A DNA stretch of 64,000 nt from a virus: positions 1,459 through 65,458 of IMG/VR virus record IMGVR_UViG_3300048577_000531; one strand, written 5' to 3'. The first letter of the stretch is position 1. Each line of letters begins with the position of its first letter. The notes under the pieces are model-generated. The model was not told the origin of the DNA and did not search any database. It was given only the letters and a program-made list of their open reading frames with translations. Position numbers and translations under genes: made by a program. Below, in pieces: positions 17,665 through 27,842 of this stretch.

Positions 17665-19865
17665 CAGGACAACTTCCGCTCGCTCTTGGCTTGTCGCACC
17701 TTTGCGATGACGATCGCTTCGAATTCCGGCGTTGCCACATAGTTACGGACGGATTTGACGACATCGGCGCCGTCTGCCGATGATCCGCTGGAGATCGGCA
17801 GTGTCAAATTGACGGTCGTCGAACCGCCACCAAACGCCGCCGCCGCTGCCACACTCGGAAACACCGGCTCCCCACGGCGCAGAATGGCCGGCACTTCATC
17901 CGGAGCCAATCCCGCGAGCCCACCTCCATGGTAGCGCGGCGCATCGTCGAAATAAGCCGGGTGGACGTAGCGCGATCCAGACCCCGTTTCACCTACGATG
18001 CCGCCGGTGTGATACAGGCTCGACAGCACGCTACCCATGCCGCTGCTCGCGATGGTGCCGGATCCGCTGGCGGCGAGACTCATCGGCCGGCTTCCGCCAA
18101 GCCCCAGGAACCCAAGCAAGCCTCCCCCACCAGAGCCGCCAAGCGCATTGGAGACGAGATTATTGACCGCCATATCGATGAGCTTGTCGGCGAGCCGGTT
18201 TAGTGCATTGCCGAGCGCTTCGGTCGCCGTTGCACTATTGCGCATATCGCGCGCAAAGCCAGAAGCAAAGTCCGACATCGCGTCTCGCATGTCGCGAATA
18301 CGGTTAGTCGTTCGAATATACTGCGCTTCCTGCGAGTTAAGCGCGGTCGTGATGTCTGGATAGATGCGCTGCAACTGGTTGGCGATTTGGACGTCTTCCT
18401 GCGACATCGCCGCGAAGGAACGGTCACGACCAATCTGATTCTGAATTTGGATCCTGGCGAGGCTCTGCGCTGCATCAGCGGCGCGTTGGGATAATCGCTC
18501 AATCTCGTCTGCATGCTGCTTGACAGCCTCGGTGCCGCCAGAGCGCATCGCTGCTTCGGTCAATACCGCTTGGGTGCGCAGCTTTTCCTGCTCGGCGGCG
18601 CCAAGACCAACCGCCTTGGCGTTTGCCTCCATGACGGCGATGTTCTTGGTCACCTGATCCGATGCGCGATCGTAGGCGTCGCGAAGCTCGTCGGTCGACT
18701 TCTTGGCCTTGTCAGTCTCCTTACCGACGTTGGCAAGCGCGTTGATGTCGCCGCCGAACCGGTTAGCAAAGTTTTGCTGCGATCCCATGCCGGCTCGCAA
18801 ACGATCATACGCTGTACCGAGCGCAGAATTGAGTTCGCCGCCATCCCTGCGCTCGATCAATCGATTAGACGCAGATGCGCTATCCCCACCCATTCCCCAG
18901 CTTGCAGCCACCCCCGCCACACCGCCGGCGACGGCACCGACGCCCGTTCCGATCACCGGCACGACAGATCCAACAGCAGCGCCCGTCGCAGCGCCGAGCA
19001 TCATCGAAATCGCCCACTGCGGCATGCTGTTGAGCTTGTCGACGGCCGCAGCGACAAGCTCCACGATCCTTACCCACACCGCCTGCAATTTCAGGCCGGC
19101 ATCATTGAGATCGAGTTGCACGCGGAAGAAGTCATCGATCGTCTTTTTGGCATCGTTGAGCCGAGCACCAAGCTCGGTAGCGCGCTGGACCTGTTCGGCG
19201 GACAGGTTTCCATCCTGGAACTTGGTCAGCTTGGCGAGGTTCTCGTCGACCCCACCTACGAGGTCACGCTGCGCATTGCCGTACTTATCCAGCAGCGACG
19301 CCCCCTGATCGATCGTCGCCATTAGGAGTTTGAACGCGGCCGTGATGACCGTCACCGGAATGGCAAGACGCGACAAAAACGCCAGCACGGGCGACAAAAC
19401 CCGCAACGCGGTCGACGCGAAAGATACAGTCGCCACGCCGGCGGCCGTCATAGCGTCGGCGATAAGCGGATTGGCGAAAGCCCGGAACGCGGGCGAATAG
19501 AGATAGGCTGCTGTTGCAGCGAGCTTGACGGCATTCGCGACCTTGGCCGCCTGTTCGGCTTGCTCTTCGAACGATCGGCTGACAGCCTCCATGTTGTCGT
19601 TGGCGGCGGCATAGCTTCCCGAGGCATTATCGTTCGCCGCTTTAACAGCACGCAAGGCGGCGAGCTCGCGATCTTGCAGCGCCATCATGGCTCGCAGGCG
19701 CCGCTCATAGGCTTCGGTCGCCTGTTCCGAGCGCAAGGTTGCCGTCGCGGTGTCGTCGTGCGCCTTGGCGGTCGCACGCTGGCGCTGTTCGTACTGCTCG
19801 GCACCGACCGTCCGGTACTCAGTAATGACGGTCAGGCGGTCGATCGCTTCGGCGGTCGTGGTCAT
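17664..19865 (-). CDS. Tail tape measure protein
   Basis: Long Ala-rich helical protein; C-terminal YHTGG...PDEVPAILRRGEPV motif; likely start MTTTAE at 19865. Confidence 0.9.
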   Translation of the reverse strand: MTTTAEAIDRLTVITEYRTVGAEQYEQRQRATAKAHDDTATATLRSEQATEAYERRLRAMMALQDRELAALRAVKAANDNASGSYAAANDNMEAVSRSFEEQAEQAAKVANAVKLAATAAYLYSPAFRAFANPLIADAMTAAGVATVSFASTALRVLSPVLAFLSRLAIPVTVITAAFKLLMATIDQGASLLDKYGNAQRDLVGGVDENLAKLTKFQDGNLSAEQVQRATELGARLNDAKKTIDDFFRVQLDLNDAGLKLQAVWVRIVELVAAAVDKLNSMPQWAISMMLGAATGAAVGSVVPVIGTGVGAVAGGVAGVAASWGMGGDSASASNRLIERRDGGELNSALGTAYDRLRAGMGSQQNFANRFGGDINALANVGKETDKAKKSTDELRDAYDRASDQVTKNIAVMEANAKAVGLGAAEQEKLRTQAVLTEAAMRSGGTEAVKQHADEIERLSQRAADAAQSLARIQIQNQIGRDRSFAAMSQEDVQIANQLQRIYPDITTALNSQEAQYIRTTNRIRDMRDAMSDFASGFARDMRNSATATEALGNALNRLADKLIDMAVNNLVSNALGGSGGGGLLGFLGLGGSRPMSLAASGSGTIASSGMGSVLSSLYHTGGIVGETGSGSRYVHPAYFDDAPRYHGGGLAGLAPDEVPAILRRGEPVFPSVAAAAAFGGGSTTVNLTLPISSGSSADGADVVKSVRNYVATPEFEAIVIAKVRQAKSERKLS

Positions 19866-19866
19866 G

Positions 19867-20730
19867 TCAACGATACCTGACGATGATGGTCGGGAAGCGA
19901 CGACCGGACCGGTTGTGAGCCGTCTTGCCGAACTTCTTGGCGATCCGCGTTTCGAGGAGACCCGAGGCCGCCCGAGGCTCCGTGGCATCGCCCAGCCACC
20001 AGGGCTGGCCGTAGCTGTGAGCGAGCGCCTGGCTCACCATGTTGCCGCCAACCACACCCTGCATGGTAAATTCAATGTCGCAGTCCGCCGCGAACTTGCT
20101 GCCGGCCTCGTCGCCGGTGCGCTCGTAGATGCGATTGGGAACCTGGATGACGAAGTCGCGGCCATCTTTGGTAACCCCGACCTCGATCTTGCGGCTGTAC
20201 GGCACCGTATTGGCGAAGGCGTAGACCTTGGCCTCCGGGATATCCAACCCGGCGATGACGTCCGCCGCTGTCCCGACTTCGACGCCGTCTGCGTAGAGGA
20301 TGTGGTTGTCGCGATACTCGCCGGACACGACCGGCGAGCGCTCCCACAGCCGGCGCGCGATCCAGACCAGCGGATCGGCCTCGCCATTGCGCTGCTGGCG
20401 CGACCGCATCAACGTCGCCAGCATTGCCGCCGTGAACAGAAACGCGACCGCAACCTTGACTGTCGGGATTGTCCGGGTCTGCCGCACGACCAGATCACGG
20501 ACCGCTGTCCTGACCTGGGGCGCCAGCAACTCACCGACACCCGAAGACACCACGACACCGTTCACCGTGACGGTGTAGGGCACATCCATGCCGACGATGG
20601 CGCGGTTGACGACCTGCACCTCGCGATGGCGCATCGACACATGGTCGACGATGACGCGCGATAAGAGATCGTCAGCGAGGCGTCGCCGTTCCGCGACCTG
20701 GATTCGTTCGAAACGGGTGTGAATTCCCAT
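19867..20730 (-). CDS. HK97 gp10-like tail completion protein
   Basis: SPVVSGEYRDNH...NTVPYSRKIEVG motif. Confidence 0.65.
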   Translation of the reverse strand: MGIHTRFERIQVAERRRLADDLLSRVIVDHVSMRHREVQVVNRAIVGMDVPYTVTVNGVVVSSGVGELLAPQVRTAVRDLVVRQTRTIPTVKVAVAFLFTAAMLATLMRSRQQRNGEADPLVWIARRLWERSPVVSGEYRDNHILYADGVEVGTAADVIAGLDIPEAKVYAFANTVPYSRKIEVGVTKDGRDFVIQVPNRIYERTGDEAGSKFAADCDIEFTMQGVVGGNMVSQALAHSYGQPWWLGDATEPRAASGLLETRIAKKFGKTAHNRSGRRFPTIIVRYR

Positions 20731-20731
20731 G

Positions 20732-21154
20732 TCAGCGCTGTTTCGTTGGCGGGGACGTGTTTGGCGCCGGCTTCTTCGTCTTCTCCGATACCGCGATCGC
20801 GCGCACAGAGCCGAGCTTAACCAACAACCGCGCCTCCCACGGCTCCAAAGCGTTGCCGGTCAATTCCGACCACCAACCGATGTCAGCCCACGTCACCATC
20901 GGCGGAGCAAAGCCGTTGGCTGCCAGACCATCCAAGATCTCTTCGAACCAACCCCACACATAACCGAGGAGATAAGGGAAGGCTGGCGGCTCCGGCGCGA
21001 CCTCTTCCTTTGACTTGCGCCCCAGCATCGCCAGCTGGCGCGCTGCAGACTCGCGATGCTGCCGCTCCGTTGCCCCGTCGGATTCCTTTCGCTCTATGCG
21101 GAATTCGAATTCCGCGTAGGCGATCAGCTCTTCGGCGAGGCCTTCGAGAAATTT
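20732..21154 (-). CDS. Tail assembly chaperone, frameshifted (T) portion
   Basis: Open -1 frame from the slip site (KFLEGLAEELIAY...) through VWGWF...TWADIGWWSELTG to the stop at 20732. Confidence 0.75.
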   Translation of the reverse strand, partial: KFLEGLAEELIAYAEFEFRIERKESDGATERQHRESAARQLAMLGRKSKEEVAPEPPAFPYLLGYVWGWFEEILDGLAANGFAPPMVTWADIGWWSELTGNALEPWEARLLVKLGSVRAIAVSEKTKKPAPNTSPPTKQR

Positions 21155-21546
21155 CCGCGGTCGCCCGCAAACTCGTCGACCTGCTCGCGCAGCCAGGACA
21201 CCGCGGCGTCGCCATACAGCTCCCGTGCATTCTCCTGCGAGAACGGGACATCGATCGGCCGCCCGGCTAGATCGACGAGATACCAGTCGGCGGTGAGCGC
21301 AGCGAGCAGATCGACCATCTCGCCTTCGAGCTCTTCCGGCGTGAGCTTGACGCGACCGCGCATCGCGAGCCGCCGGCGCTGCACCGCACGTTGGTGTTTA
21401 CGCGCCGGCTCGGAGTCGTTCGAATAGAGATCGACGAACGCTTCCTTCCCTTCGGCATCCCGCAGCGGCTGCCGGCTGACAGGATGTACAATGGTCATCC
21501 GGCCCGGCTTGTCGACTTCGAGCGCAAGAGCGGCGAACTTTGACAT
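21124..21546 (-). CDS. Tail assembly chaperone (G portion)
   Basis: Between tail tube and TMP; FSQENARELY...WLREQVDEF; ends with a slippery heptamer. Confidence 0.85.
   Translation of the reverse strand: MSKFAALALEVDKPGRMTIVHPVSRQPLRDAEGKEAFVDLYSNDSEPARKHQRAVQRRRLAMRGRVKLTPEELEGEMVDLLAALTADWYLVDLAGRPIDVPFSQENARELYGDAAVSWLREQVDEFAGDRGNFSKASPKS
21148..21154 (-). other. Programmed -1 ribosomal frameshift site A-AAT-TTC
   Basis: X-XXY-YYZ heptamer in frame at the end of G; the -1 frame equals the downstream T ORF frame. Confidence 0.8.
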
Positions 21547-21652
21547 GAATACGATCCTCTGGCGGAAGGGATGGGCCGGAGCGCCGCCAGACGCCCCCGC
21601 CCCGGTGATCACCGTTTGGGTTGGATGGTCCGCCCTGGCGTGCGGATCAGGG

Positions 21653-22900
21653 TCAGGCCGCCGCGGAGTCGCAGTATGCGATCGTGGTGGTGTCGACACC
21701 GGCGGTAGAACCGCCGTAGCGCAGCGCCTGGAACGGCATGGTGATGGGAACGCCACCCTCACCTTCGATACCGACCTGGGCGTCACCGAATTTTACCTTG
21801 GGCATGAAGATCGTGATGAAATCCGACGCATCAGCCGATGACGTCAGCAGTTGAAGCAGGATCGACACTTCTGTTTCGTTGCGGAAGTAGTCGACCAGCG
21901 TCAAGTCCTCGAGGAACGCCGTCAGCTGCCCGGTGACGTTGGCGCGGCCGAGAAAGATTTCCGGGACGAAGTTCTGGCCCACAACCGGGTCGGCGCTCGG
22001 ATTCAGCGCCATGTTGACCTGGGCCCCTGTGATGACGCCCTGGGCGACACCCTGCACCCGGATCAGCCCATTGACAGCGGCCGCAATACCGGTCGTCGTC
22101 ACGTCCGTCGGGGACGAGAAGAACGGCGCGGAACCGGCCGAATAGGTCTCCATGTCCCGACCCATCATCGGGATTTCGATCGTCGACATGCCGGAAGCCG
22201 GCAGACCGAGATTGACGCCGCCGACACGGCATTCGGTGAACAGCCGAGCGATGTCGAGATCCGCGTGATAGGTCTCGACCGCGAACTTGCGCGACACGTG
22301 GCCGGACGCCGGCACGATCACGCGTTTGCCGATCGACGCGACGCCGAAGGCCGTGTCGGAGCTCATGGTTGTCGGCGCTGGGAAGACCGTGACCTCGCGG
22401 TTATTGGAGCCGCCGAAGCCGGTGATCATGAAGTTCTTGGAGTTGTTGCCGGTCTCCGAGAGGTTCGTGAATCGGATAACCATCCCGACCTTGAACCCAT
22501 CCGTCACTGGATTGCCGCCGCCGAAGGTGAACTTGGATGTGGCGTTGTCGGCGGTGACGCTCGTATAGTCGGACTCGGTCTTGCTGATTGCCGACGTTTC
22601 GGTGCCGCGACAGGCCGCCTCGATAAAATCCCAGTAGGTGCCGGGCGACAACTCGCCGGTGATCGAGCCCTGCACGCGGCGAACACCATGACGGAAATCG
22701 CCGATCTGCCGATCGGTTCGCACCTCGTTGCTCGCGTAGGTGTCCTTGCTCAAGGACAGCGTGCAACCGGTGCGGCGCAGGATCTGCGCACCAGATGCGC
22801 CCGGGTCACTCGATGACACCGCCTGCGCATTGGAGGTGATGATGCCCGTCGAATACGCCTTGTAGGCGACGCGCGCGGATACGCCTTCGGAAACGCTCAT
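21653..22900 (-). CDS. Major tail (tube) protein
   Basis: 415 aa; SNEVRTDRQI, GSITGELS, VTGQLTAF pattern of tail tube proteins. Confidence 0.85.
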   Translation of the reverse strand: MSVSEGVSARVAYKAYSTGIITSNAQAVSSSDPGASGAQILRRTGCTLSLSKDTYASNEVRTDRQIGDFRHGVRRVQGSITGELSPGTYWDFIEAACRGTETSAISKTESDYTSVTADNATSKFTFGGGNPVTDGFKVGMVIRFTNLSETGNNSKNFMITGFGGSNNREVTVFPAPTTMSSDTAFGVASIGKRVIVPASGHVSRKFAVETYHADLDIARLFTECRVGGVNLGLPASGMSTIEIPMMGRDMETYSAGSAPFFSSPTDVTTTGIAAAVNGLIRVQGVAQGVITGAQVNMALNPSADPVVGQNFVPEIFLGRANVTGQLTAFLEDLTLVDYFRNETEVSILLQLLTSSADASDFITIFMPKVKFGDAQVGIEGEGGVPITMPFQALRYGGSTAGVDTTTIAYCDSAAA

Positions 22901-22946
22901 GGACGTGCTCCGTAATGGTCAGAGGGAATGCGGGACGTCCCGCGGG

Positions 22947-23411
22947 TCAGCCAATCTGGTCGAAGTGCAAGCTGACTTCGACTGCAGCCCAAAAGTAGTT
23001 GCCGACCTCGGACGAGAGGCCAGGCGGCTTAAGACTTGCTCCGTCGCCGCCCGGCATCACGCTCGCGTCGAAGCAGGACACATCGCCATCGCGATACGAG
23101 CGGAACAACGCCGCCACGGACTCGGCAATATCCGTCGCCGGCGTCAAACCCCACCCCTTTGGCACGAACACGAAAGCATCGAACACCGCCGGATTGCGGT
23201 ATGTATTGGCGCCACGGCCGGCACCGAAAGAAACTGGCGGCCCGGCGCGCTCGGCGATGAACTCGCAATAGATGAATGGCGCCGGCGTGTCGGGCAGCGG
23301 CCCGCCGTCCTCGTTCTGCCAACGCAGCGGGATGAGTGCGCCGCTGTAGGTTGGCGCATTCGCCTCGAGGCGGGCCCGGAGCAGACTGTAGGCCTGGGTC
23401 GCGGTTGTCAT
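22947..23411 (-). CDS. Tail terminator-like protein
   Basis: LRWQNED..P..P..., position before the tail tube; start at 23411. Confidence 0.65.
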   Translation of the reverse strand: MTTATQAYSLLRARLEANAPTYSGALIPLRWQNEDGGPLPDTPAPFIYCEFIAERAGPPVSFGAGRGANTYRNPAVFDAFVFVPKGWGLTPATDIAESVAALFRSYRDGDVSCFDASVMPGGDGASLKPPGLSSEVGNYFWAAVEVSLHFDQIG

Positions 23412-23752
23412 CCGCCAACCCGCAGCACATAAGCAACCGGCGTTCCGTCCGGCGCAGTACGGCATTCGTGCATTGCCTGGCCGAGCTCGGCTCCCTTCAC
23501 CACGACTTTGTCGCCATCGAGCAACGGCAAGGTGAGGCCGCACAAAATCAAATCGTCGACTAGCAGGATCACAACCAGCTCCGCCACCTTGAGGTCAGCG
23601 ACCAACTTGCGGGCTTCCGAATCCGGCAACACCCGGGCACGGGCGGACACGTCAAACCGTGACCGCAACGGTCCGGCGCCGGAAAACCTGCGAACGACGA
23701 CGGTCTCATGCAGGTTCGCGGCATAGGCCGCCTTGATGGCATCGGCGTTCAT
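23408..23752 (-). CDS. Head closure protein
   Basis: ETVVVRR..., GDKVVVKG; neck-gene position. Confidence 0.6.
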   Translation of the reverse strand: MNADAIKAAYAANLHETVVVRRFSGAGPLRSRFDVSARARVLPDSEARKLVADLKVAELVVILLVDDLILCGLTLPLLDGDKVVVKGAELGQAMHECRTAPDGTPVAYVLRVGG

Positions 23753-23874
23753 TGGACGATGCCCAACATGTCGCGCCACAGCCATAGTGACTGCGGCTCA
23801 CCTATCCGCGCCAGCCCGTATGACAAAGCGACCGTGGCACCTAACATCAGGAGCGCGAGCAGACGTCGCATCAT
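23749..23874 (-). CDS. 41-aa membrane peptide
   Basis: MMRRLLALLMLGATVALSYGLA...; ATGA overlaps at both ends. Confidence 0.45.
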   Translation of the reverse strand: MMRRLLALLMLGATVALSYGLARIGEPQSLWLWRDMLGIVQ

Positions 23875-24323
23875 CTCACGTGGATCCGCAACGTCAGCCC
23901 GGTATTCCCAGAGTAGGCCGCCCCTGCCCCCTTGATGATGCGGGCGCGGAAACGATCGCCGATGATCCCGTCTTTGACCGTGTCGTCGGACAGCGCCGCC
24001 GGCGTGTACACCGCGACCGGAGTCAAGGCGGACAGGTTTGCGACCTTCTGCGCTGATGCCATGGCGAAGGCGAAGCGAGCCACCTCCACCCATGTCGTCC
24101 CCTGGTCCGGGGTTGTCTCGACCACCACCTTGAGCGTGTCGCCGCCGGCGCCGTACGTGAAGCTCGCCGAGATCAGCACCGCCACGGCGCCCTGCAGCCG
24201 ATCGACATAGGGTTGCGTCACGCCCTGCTCGTCGGCTGCCAAGGTCACCACGGCCCCTGCCGTCGCTGCGTTGATGGCAGCGAGCGCGACGTCGCCAAGT
24301 GTGCGAATGCCGGGATTGTCCAT
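23871..24323 (-). CDS. Hypothetical virion protein
   Basis: 150 aa beta-sandwich-like sequence (VVVETTPDQGTTWVEVARF). Confidence 0.6.
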   Translation of the reverse strand: MDNPGIRTLGDVALAAINAATAGAVVTLAADEQGVTQPYVDRLQGAVAVLISASFTYGAGGDTLKVVVETTPDQGTTWVEVARFAFAMASAQKVANLSALTPVAVYTPAALSDDTVKDGIIGDRFRARIIKGAGAAYSGNTGLTLRIHVR

Positions 24324-24324
24324 G

Positions 24325-24939
24325 TCAACCCACCCAGTGGTTCGTGTAGGGCCCGAGCAGGTCCAGGATCTCCTGCGGGATGGCCGGATCGTCGGACGGG
24401 CCTACCCACCATTCGCGCTCGATCACGCCTGGGATCGACTCGCGCTTCAGCCCCGATCCGCCCGAACCGCCTTCCGAATGGAAGACCTGCGCCAGCTTCT
24501 CGGCGGCGAGCCGAAGATCATCCGGCACCGTCGCCCACCCGGCCGAATAGGTCATCACGACCTTGCCGGATGACCAGCACACGCGTTCATCCCCCGATAG
24601 GCGATAGAGCAGGCCCGCATCCGCCTCGACTTCGAAGTCGACATCTTCCGCCAGCGTCGTCGATCCCTCGACAAGCGATGTCACCGAGACGACCGGCCGT
24701 CGCGACAAGATCAGCGCTTTCTGGTGCGACTTGAGACGATAAGTGTCGACCACTTCCTCGAGGCGCAGCGTCGGCGGGATCGCACCCGCCGCCGCCACAT
24801 GGCACGCCCGAACGATCGCCGCCGACACGCGCGCGTTGAGCTTCGCCAGAACCGGCCCAGCCACATTCGGTATCGCCGCGGCAATCTCCGCATCGGTCAA
24901 CAGCAGCCGATCCGTATTGGGGGACGGGATGGTGAGCAT
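24325..24939 (-). CDS. Head-tail connector (gp6-like)
   Basis: LSRRPVVSVTSL, YSAGWATVPDDLRLAA, LLGPY. Confidence 0.8.
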   Translation of the reverse strand: MLTIPSPNTDRLLLTDAEIAAAIPNVAGPVLAKLNARVSAAIVRACHVAAAGAIPPTLRLEEVVDTYRLKSHQKALILSRRPVVSVTSLVEGSTTLAEDVDFEVEADAGLLYRLSGDERVCWSSGKVVMTYSAGWATVPDDLRLAAEKLAQVFHSEGGSGGSGLKRESIPGVIEREWWVGPSDDPAIPQEILDLLGPYTNHWVG

Positions 24940-24944
24940 GTCGG

Positions 24945-25208
24945 TCAGCGCTTCGGCTTGCGTTCCGGGGCGGCAGCCGCGGACGGGACATCGGACACCG
25001 GCCCGCTCAACGCCGCGGTCTCGAACAGCGCCCGCGGGCGCTCGCCTGTCGCTGGCGCCTTGCGCTTCGGCTCTTCGATGTTGCCGGCAGCGACGAGCCC
25101 CGACACGAGCTCGTCCCTGATCTCCTGATCAGTCCCGGCCTGCAGCATGACGGTCCGCAAACCGTCATGCGCGTAGGGGAAGGATTTCAACACGGTGACT
25201 TTCATCAC
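24945..25208 (-). CDS. Small head-region hypothetical protein
   Basis: KVTVLKSFPYAHDG... typical post-capsid ORF. Confidence 0.55.
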   Translation of the reverse strand: MMKVTVLKSFPYAHDGLRTVMLQAGTDQEIRDELVSGLVAAGNIEEPKRKAPATGERPRALFETAALSGPVSDVPSAAAAPERKPKR

Positions 25209-25864
25209 GCCACGTCGCCGAGATTGATCCAGTTGATGGTCACAACACCAGTGAACGTGCCGGTACCGGACGTGTGGCTGGCGCTGTCGTCGATGACGAA
25301 GTTCAGGTAGGCATCCTTGGCAGTGCCGGTGCCGTTCAGCACCGTCATACCCGCCGAAGCGGCCGCGATGGCTGCAACCTTTGCGACCGCCGCCGCAACA
25401 TCGTTCTCCGCCATGATGTCGGCTTCGGTCGACGTCAGGGTGTTGCCGGTCGTCGCCGTCGCGGTCCCAATGGCGACGCCGCCCGCGTAGGTGTCGGTGA
25501 TGGTGCCGGTCGTCCCAAGGGTCAGGTCGCCGTCGACGACGCAGCCCAGAATCCCGATTGCCCCGTCCGGGAAGTCGTAAATCTTTCCGGTGCTGCCATA
25601 CTGGGCCACGCCGGCGTCATCGGTGATCGTCACCGGAGTCGCCGTGAATGTCAGCACGGTCTTGTGCACGACGCCGTTGCCGTATTCGACCGCCGTCACG
25701 GTCGCGCCGTTCTTGGCGCCCAGGCCTTCGGTCGTCAACGCGTTGGCCAAGTTGACGATGGCGCCGGCTTCGGCCGTGAGCGTTCCGCCACTGGCGATGA
25801 CCTGCTCGTCACCACCCTGCTTGCGGTAAACTTTGGGCCCATAGGTATTGTCGGCCATGATCAT
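25205..25864 (-). CDS. Putative head decoration/fibre protein
   Basis: Thr/Ala/Gly-rich; KVYRKQGGDEQVIASGG. Confidence 0.55.
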   Translation of the reverse strand: MIMADNTYGPKVYRKQGGDEQVIASGGTLTAEAGAIVNLANALTTEGLGAKNGATVTAVEYGNGVVHKTVLTFTATPVTITDDAGVAQYGSTGKIYDFPDGAIGILGCVVDGDLTLGTTGTITDTYAGGVAIGTATATTGNTLTSTEADIMAENDVAAAVAKVAAIAAASAGMTVLNGTGTAKDAYLNFVIDDSASHTSGTGTFTGVVTINWINLGDVA

Positions 25865-25948
25865 TCTCCTTTGCTGCGACGAACCGGCGGGGCATGGCGT
25901 CCCCGCCGCCGTCTAGCGCTGATGCGCTCGGATGTTGCTGGATAGCGC

Positions 25949-26374
25949 TTACGCAGGCGGGTTGGCAGTCGGCCGCAGATCGGGCTCGGTGATCCATGCG
26001 CCCGCGAGATAGACGTCGCCGGCGTCGTTGCCGGCCGGCGTCACCGTGACGCGGATGTAGCGCTTTGTGTCGATGAACCCGAGCTTGAAACACTTGTTGT
26101 CGTCAGAGAAGAGCGGCGTCGCCAGCGCTTCGGTACCAAGCAGGTTGGCGTCGGCGATCGCGGTATTGTCCGACAGGGCCGAGTTGTCGCCCTCCTCGGC
26201 AAGCACCGTGAACGTCGCGTTGGCGTCCGACAGCGACCCGGTCAGAAGGACGAACGTCGCACTCTTGAGGCCGAGCGTGTCGAGGATTTGCGACACGAAC
26301 GCGGTATTGGCGTTCGTGACGACGGCGGGCGAAATCCCCCGCTTGACGTCGATGTTGTTCATCAGGTCACGCAT
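25949..26374 (-). CDS. Putative head decoration protein
   Basis: 141 aa directly after the capsid gene; KRYIRVTVT. Confidence 0.6.
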   Translation of the reverse strand: MRDLMNNIDVKRGISPAVVTNANTAFVSQILDTLGLKSATFVLLTGSLSDANATFTVLAEEGDNSALSDNTAIADANLLGTEALATPLFSDDNKCFKLGFIDTKRYIRVTVTPAGNDAGDVYLAGAWITEPDLRPTANPPA

Positions 26375-26444
26375 CTGCGTGTCTCCTTGATCTGAATGGA
26401 TAGGGTTGACGCGCCCAGGAAAGCCGGGCGCAGTTCGCGATGCG

Positions 26445-27827
26445 TTAAGCCGCGCTGACGACCTGCAGCTTGATTGCTTCGAAGTTCGTCACGTCGCCGC
26501 CGACCCGCTTGCGCGTATAGAACTGCACGAACGGTTTCGCCGTGAACGGGTCGCGCAGCACGGAGATGCCGAGGCGATCGACGATCGTGTAGCCCTGGCG
26601 GAAGTTGCCATAGGCGACAGCAAGAGCGCCGGCGCCGACGGTAGCCATGTCCGCAGCCTGGTACACGGGCGCTCCCAAAAGAACGCTCGGCTTGCCGGCC
26701 TGGTTGTCGGTGCGCCAGATGTACTGCCCATTACCATCTTTGAGCAGCATGACGTTGCCGACGGACGCGCGCTTCATCAGAAACGCGGCACCTGCCGCGT
26801 ATTCCTCCTTCAGCGCCACCATCAGCTTGATCAGACCATCGAAGGTCAGGTCCGTGGCATCGCGGCTGGGAATCTGCTCGATCGTTCCGCGCGTGGTACC
26901 GTTTGGATAGGTCAGGAACCCGCGGGGCCGCTTGATGCCGTTTCCGCCCACGAAGGCGGTCGCCTCGAGACGGCCGAAGCGCTGGCCGATCTTGCTTCCC
27001 AGCCACGCCTCGATATCGACCGAGGCATCCTCGAGCAGCTTCTGCGTCGCCTTCGGCTGGGCATAGAGCTCGTGGACGGGAATACGCTGCACGCCGACCT
27101 GCGGGGTCGTCGTCTCGGATCGCGTCTCTTGCTCTCCGACCCAGCCGCCACCGGCCTCGCCATCGTCGATCGGGTATTCAACCGCATCCGTGGAGATTGT
27201 CTCGACCGTCGCGAGCTGCCGGATCGGCGAGGACTCGTAGATGATCGACAGGATCCGAGGCGACATGTACGGCGTGACGAAGTAGCCGCCGTCCGGATCG
27301 GAGCCGACCGACATGGACTTGCCGTCGAACTGCGGATCGCGATCGCCGCGACGGGCATAGAGCGCGAAGGCGGGCCGATAGGATTTGATCTCCTCGAAGT
27401 TGATCTTGTCGTCCGACACGTCGGTGCCGGCCTTGAGCTCGCCGCGGGCCGCGAGCACGGTCCGATGGAAGTCCCGCGCCGACTTCATCTCGGAGTCGGG
27501 CTCGCCGGTGCCGGAACCGCCGAAGCGGACGCGATTGAGCTTCTTTTCGATCTCGTCGAGGCGATCTTGGGCGGCCTTGACCGCCTTCGCCTCGATTTCC
27601 TTGACCTGCTTCTCGATAGCCTCGTGCTTGGCGGCGACACCTTCGGTCAGCGCTTTCAGATCCGCCTTGAGCTGCGTGCCCTCGGCAGCGTCCTTGCCAG
27701 CCTTCTCGGCAAGATCGCGGACCGACTTGAGGTCCTTTTCCATGGAATCCTTCAGCGCCTTGACGTTGTCGCCGAAGCTCTTCACTTCCTTCTGGACGTC
27801 GTCCAGGACTTCCTTGAGTTCGGGCAT
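26445..27827 (-). CDS. Major capsid protein, HK97 fold
   Basis: Coiled-coil delta domain, DGGYFV, AFVGGNGIKRPRGFL, GNFRQGYTIVDR, RVGG. Confidence 0.96.
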   Translation of the reverse strand: MPELKEVLDDVQKEVKSFGDNVKALKDSMEKDLKSVRDLAEKAGKDAAEGTQLKADLKALTEGVAAKHEAIEKQVKEIEAKAVKAAQDRLDEIEKKLNRVRFGGSGTGEPDSEMKSARDFHRTVLAARGELKAGTDVSDDKINFEEIKSYRPAFALYARRGDRDPQFDGKSMSVGSDPDGGYFVTPYMSPRILSIIYESSPIRQLATVETISTDAVEYPIDDGEAGGGWVGEQETRSETTTPQVGVQRIPVHELYAQPKATQKLLEDASVDIEAWLGSKIGQRFGRLEATAFVGGNGIKRPRGFLTYPNGTTRGTIEQIPSRDATDLTFDGLIKLMVALKEEYAAGAAFLMKRASVGNVMLLKDGNGQYIWRTDNQAGKPSVLLGAPVYQAADMATVGAGALAVAYGNFRQGYTIVDRLGISVLRDPFTAKPFVQFYTRKRVGGDVTNFEAIKLQVVSAA

Positions 27828-27842
27828 GATTGCCTCTCGGGA

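Noticed and set aside
19867-20730. gp10-like gene between chaperone and tape measure as an unusual rearrangement
   Set aside because: To my knowledge this order is common in this type of alphaproteobacterial siphovirus.
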